Assembly (NCBI GenBank): GCA_965242835.1
Contig: OZ251506.1
Span: 5,172,401-5,236,400, forward strand
Source of the DNA: Vicinamibacterales bacterium
GTDB taxonomy: Bacteria > Acidobacteriota > Vicinamibacteria > Vicinamibacterales > UBA8438
Length of the DNA: 64,000 nucleotides
Direction of reading: 5' to 3'
The position numbers were made by a program, and so were the translations under genes. Below, one piece after another: positions 60,206 through 64,000 of this stretch. The number at the start of each line of letters is the position of its first letter. Within the stretch, counting starts at the first letter, position 1. The notes below the pieces were generated by a model. The model was given only the letters and a program-made list of their open reading frames with translations. It made no database searches and was not told where the DNA came from.

Positions 60206-61759
60206 GTGTCCGTGACGAGACGCAGACTGCCCATCGGCATCCAGACCTTCCGGACGATCCGGGAGGAGGGCTGCTATTACGTCGACAAGACCGCTCACGT
60301 CCGGCGGCTCGTCGCCGAGGGGTCGCACTACTTCCTTGCGCGTCCGCGGCGCTTCGGCAAGAGCCTGCTGGTGGACACGCTGAAGGAGTTGTTCGAGGGC
60401 GACGAGGCGTTGTTCGAGGGGTTGGCCGTGCACGGCCACTGGGACTGGTCGGTCCGCCGTCCCGTGCTGCGGCTGAGCTTCGGCGGCGGCCTCTTCGCCG
60501 AGTCCGGCCGCCTGCACGCGAACGTGATGGCGCAGCTCGACGCGGTCGAGCGGGACGCCGGCGTGAAGTCCGACTACGCCGGCGCGCCGGAGCGGTTCCG
60601 GGACCTGCTGGCGCAACTGCACCGGCGCGCCGGGCGGCGCGTGGCGGTGCTGGTGGACGAATACGACAAGCCGATTCTGGACGCGCTGGACGTCCCCGAC
60701 GCGGCCCGCGCCAACCGCGACTTCCTGCGCGGTCTCTACGCCATGATCAAGGACGGCGACGCGCACGTCGGCTTCGCCTTCCTGACCGGCGTCAGCAAGT
60801 TCTCGAAGGTCAGCCTGTTCTCCGGCCTGAACAACCTGACGGACATTACGCTGGATCCGCGGTATTCCACCATCTGCGGCTACACCGACGCCGACCTCGA
60901 CACCGTGTTCGCGCCGGAGCTGCCCGGCCTCGATCGGGACCGGATCCGCGCGTGGTACAACGGGTACAGTTGGCGGGGCGCCGATCGGGTCTACAATCCG
61001 TTCGACGTCCTCCTGCTCTTCGACCGCCGCGAGTTCGACGCTTGGTGGTTCGAGACCGGCACGCCGAGGTTCCTGGTCGACACGTTGCTGGCGCGCGGCG
61101 TCAGCGCCGCCGCCCTCGAGAACGTGGTCGCCAGCGGCGACCTGTTGTCGTCGTTCGACGTCGACGACGCCGCGACCGAGGCGCTGCTGTTCCAGACCGG
61201 CTACCTCACCATAACCGGCACGGAGGTCCTCGGCGGCAAGACCCTGTATCGGCTCGGCTATCCGAACCGCGAAGTGCGCCAGAGCCTGAACGAGCGGCTG
61301 TTACGCGCCATGTCCCCCGATGCGTCACGGCAGGGAGCGCGCGAGATCGAGCTCCATGCGCTGCTGCGCGCCAACGACTTCGCCGGACTGAGAAGATTGT
61401 TCGAGTCGTTTTTCGCGAGCATTCCCCACGACTGGCACCGAAAGAATCCGATCGCCCGCTACGAGGGCTACTACGCCAGCGTGTTCTACTCCCACTTCGC
61501 GGCGCTGGGCCTCGACGTGACGGTGGAGGACGGCAGCAGCCATGGCCGCGTGGACATGGCCGTGCGCTTCAACGGCCAGGTCCATCTGTTCGAGTTCAAG
61601 GTCGTGGAGCTGGAGCCGGAGGGCGCGGCGACGGCGCAACTCGAGGCGCGGGGCTACGCCGACAAGTACCGGAGTCTCGGCCAGCCGATCAACCTGATCG
61701 GCGTCGAGTTCAGCCGGGAGACGCGCAACGTCGTCGGGTTCGAGGTGGAGAGGGGGTGA
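60206..61759 (+). CDS. AAA-ATPase-like domain + PD-(D/E)xK nuclease (superfamily 9) protein
   Basis: LPIGIQTF..IR...YYVDKT, RPRRFGKSL, VDEYDKP, GVSKF, GRVDM...FEFK. Confidence 0.92.
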   Translation: MSVTRRRLPIGIQTFRTIREEGCYYVDKTAHVRRLVAEGSHYFLARPRRFGKSLLVDTLKELFEGDEALFEGLAVHGHWDWSVRRPVLRLSFGGGLFAESGRLHANVMAQLDAVERDAGVKSDYAGAPERFRDLLAQLHRRAGRRVAVLVDEYDKPILDALDVPDAARANRDFLRGLYAMIKDGDAHVGFAFLTGVSKFSKVSLFSGLNNLTDITLDPRYSTICGYTDADLDTVFAPELPGLDRDRIRAWYNGYSWRGADRVYNPFDVLLLFDRREFDAWWFETGTPRFLVDTLLARGVSAAALENVVASGDLLSSFDVDDAATEALLFQTGYLTITGTEVLGGKTLYRLGYPNREVRQSLNERLLRAMSPDASRQGAREIELHALLRANDFAGLRRLFESFFASIPHDWHRKNPIARYEGYYASVFYSHFAALGLDVTVEDGSSHGRVDMAVRFNGQVHLFEFKVVELEPEGAATAQLEARGYADKYRSLGQPINLIGVEFSRETRNVVGFEVERG

Positions 61760-61898
61760 GCCGGGGGGTGGCGCTGCTTCATGTCGTCGCGACGAGTGCC
61801 AACCAAGTACCGCCGGCCGTCTCCGACTCCACCGGCACGGTCAAGCCGGCGCGCCGGGATCCGGTAGTTGATCGGCATCTGCAAATCACGATTCGACG

Positions 61899-63203
61899 TC
61901 ACGGCTCGTCGAACGAGAGCCAGCGCGCGACCCGCAACCGGTCCGCCACCTGGTCGCCGCCGTCCTGCAGGGCGAGCGCTTCGAGATCGCGGAACAGGCG
62001 CTGAAACAGCGACGGATCGTCAGGCGCCTTGGCGATGAAGCCGTGCACGAGCACGCTGGTGTTGCGCAGCGTCGGATTCAACGACGCTGTCTTTTCGAAT
62101 TGCAGAAGCGTCGCGGCTAGCGGATCGGCGCAGTGCCGAAGAAGTCGGCCGACCTGAAACCGCGAGGCTTGCAGTTTGCCGCGGCTCTCCGAGAAGGAAT
62201 GACGTTTCTTCTTCGTGGATTCTTGTTGCACGGCCCGCACCGCGTCGTGATCCCGTGCGAGGTTCGCGGAGTCGAGACCGTGGTCGAAGAGCCGGGCCTG
62301 GCCGATCAGTTCCAGCAGGCGGTAGGCGCGGACGAGTGCATCCTCGTTCTGCCCCTGCCGCACGCGCCGTTCGCCGTTGGCGAGCAGATCGACGGCGAGT
62401 CGACGCAGCCAGGCCGCCATCCCGCCGTGGTCGGAACGTTCCGGCTCCGTTGCCAGCGCCGTGAGCCAGGCGCGCACGTCGGGCGCGGGCCAGTAGTGTC
62501 GCCATTCTTCCGACGGCGGTTCTCCGACCGTGAGCTTCGCGGCGCCGGCATAGTCGAGGCGGTCCCACGCGGCATGGAACTGCGCCGCGCCGTGAACCGC
62601 TTTCGCCGCGTGCAGGAAGTCGTCCGGATAGAGCCGTGCGAGCGGGGCCTCCGGATCGGGCAACACGTTCGCCACGGCGGCGAAGGCGCCGCGCCGCACG
62701 AGTTCGCGGGCCAGATCCAGACGGCGATGCCCGTCGACGGAGGTGGTTCGGATCTCGCGAACCACCTCCGACCCCGGCTCGACCATGCCGCGCCGGTCGC
62801 GCCGTGTGCCGGTGACGTAGCGCAGGCGCGGCACCGCCCGGCGAGTGGCCGCCAGAACCAGCGCGGCGCTCATCGCCTTCGTGCCGCGGGTGAAGTCCAC
62901 CATGACTTCCTCGGGCGCGGCGTCCTGCAGGACCGTTCCCAGAACGTCGTCGAAATGGGCGTAGGCCGCATCGGCGTCGTTCTCGTCTCCTGCCGGCAAC
63001 GGCTTGACGTCCACGTCCGCGCCGGCGAGCCGGTCTCGCAACGCCTGGGCGAACTCCTCGGTGACCCTGGACGGCAGCAGCACCACCCTGGCCCAGGCGT
63101 CAGTCGCAATCGACTTCCGCAACGGCGTGAACAGCGTTTCTTCGAGCCGGTCGACGTCGCCGGTCCCCACCGTCATGATCAGGACACGGCCGGTCGGCGT
63201 CAT
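61899..63203 (-). CDS. CRISPR-associated CARF-HEPN protein (TIGR02710/Csx1-Csm6-like)
   Basis: N-terminal IMTVGTG and VDFTRGTKAMS CARF motifs, DLLANGERR, RAYRLLELIGQ, HEPN RNTSVLVHG. Confidence 0.85.
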   Translation of the reverse strand: MTPTGRVLIMTVGTGDVDRLEETLFTPLRKSIATDAWARVVLLPSRVTEEFAQALRDRLAGADVDVKPLPAGDENDADAAYAHFDDVLGTVLQDAAPEEVMVDFTRGTKAMSAALVLAATRRAVPRLRYVTGTRRDRRGMVEPGSEVVREIRTTSVDGHRRLDLARELVRRGAFAAVANVLPDPEAPLARLYPDDFLHAAKAVHGAAQFHAAWDRLDYAGAAKLTVGEPPSEEWRHYWPAPDVRAWLTALATEPERSDHGGMAAWLRRLAVDLLANGERRVRQGQNEDALVRAYRLLELIGQARLFDHGLDSANLARDHDAVRAVQQESTKKKRHSFSESRGKLQASRFQVGRLLRHCADPLAATLLQFEKTASLNPTLRNTSVLVHGFIAKAPDDPSLFQRLFRDLEALALQDGGDQVADRLRVARWLSFDEP

Positions 63204-64000
63204 CCGCGCCTCCCCCGGCCAGGTCGCCGCGCGCCTCGTCCCTGTCGCGACGGTGCGCCACCGGGACCCGCGGAGCCGCCCTCGTCCGCCGCCGGCCACC
63301 GAAAGGCGATCTCGTGGCGGTTCCGGTTGACGGAGGCCACCACCAGGTCGACGCGCCGGCCCGGTTCCACTTCGCCCGGCACGTCGGCGGCGTTCTGTAT
63401 CGGCCCTTGCAGCCCGCTCGCTTCGTGCTTCGCCTTCCAGCCGCCCTTCTTCGTCTTCTCGTCCAGCAGTACGGCATCGACCCGTTCGCCCGTTTGCGGC
63501 AGGACGCTCGATGGGCCGGCGTCACCCGCGCCGGGGCCGGACGGGGCTGCAACCTGTTTCGGGGTACGCGTTCCGCGCCCGGCGTGAGTCCGCACCCGTT
63601 CCGTCAGCTCGGTTCGCAGTCGCGCACGGAGCTCGCCCAGCACCTTCCGGCTGGTGTCGAGGTCGGGTAGAACAGGCGAGGGGAACACGGTCATGCGTAT
63701 CGTCAACGTGTCGTCGGCGCGCGGCGACAGGTGGTAATGCACCGGCGCGGCATGACGCCGATGGCGGCTGGCGGACAGCGACTTCGGCGGCTTGTGGATC
63801 TTCCGCGGCAGACCGAGCGCGGCCTTTTCTTCCCGGTGCGCGTTCTCCCGCGCGAACGCCTGGGCCGCGAAACCGAGCTGGTCAATCGCGAACCAGCGGT
63901 TCTTCCAGGGCGTCTCGACCTCCAGCACCAGCATCTCTTCGAGACTCGACGAGCCCACCGGTCCGGGAAGGCGTTCGGCGACCCCGACGGCGCGCCGAAA
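63200..64000 (-). CDS. Type III CRISPR RAMP protein (Cmr1-like), 3' part, with C-terminal S1/OB-like domain
   Basis: LGLPR...RHAAPVHYH resembles the Cmr1 FGLP...R.ASP motif. Tail GERVDAVLLDEKTKKGGWKA...PG..V.L.V. Frame open to the window edge. ATGA overlap with the CARF gene. Confidence 0.65.
   Translation of the reverse strand, partial: FRRAVGVAERLPGPVGSSSLEEMLVLEVETPWKNRWFAIDQLGFAAQAFARENAHREEKAALGLPRKIHKPPKSLSASRHRRHAAPVHYHLSPRADDTLTIRMTVFPSPVLPDLDTSRKVLGELRARLRTELTERVRTHAGRGTRTPKQVAAPSGPGAGDAGPSSVLPQTGERVDAVLLDEKTKKGGWKAKHEASGLQGPIQNAADVPGEVEPGRRVDLVVASVNRNRHEIAFRWPAADEGGSAGPGGAPSRQGRGARRPGRGRRG

Overview
Very GC-rich chromosomal segment, most likely from an Acidobacteriota (Vicinamibacteria-like) bacterium. 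This is inferred from an ADOP-type orphan permease and a GAAC-N7-GAAC SOS box. The left end is a defence island: an eroded vsr, a ParB/Srx-like gene, a putative PD-(D/E)xK nuclease, a convergent C5 DNA methyltransferase, and type I RM hsdS and hsdM, with no hsdR in the window. The middle carries PFOR, an AAA+/VWA/LonN cluster, a secreted HExxH protein, ypdA, folE and hbd, two tandem MalT-like regulators in front of a ~1,900-aa Ig-repeat autotransporter, an SOS radical-SAM gene, a signal-peptide DNA ligase, an ABC operon, an NTase toxin-antitoxin-like pair, HtrA, a moxR-bat operon, a truncated TonB receptor and a Tat-exported PatB. The right end is the tail of a type III CRISPR-Cas operon (Cmr1-like RAMP, then CARF-HEPN). 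The most striking signal is a set of at least nine separate repeat-spacer-repeat units. Most have 30-44-bp direct repeats around unique 25-50-bp inserts, with periods clustered near 72 bp (65-78). The repeat differs at each locus and is copied from local sequence, and the units stay in frame when inside genes. One is a three-repeat CRISPR-like mini-array inside hsdS. The geometry matches ectopic Cas1-Cas2 spacer integration, but that mechanism is a hypothesis. No rRNA, tRNA, transposase or integrase genes were recognised. Coordinates were counted by eye and may be off by a few bases.
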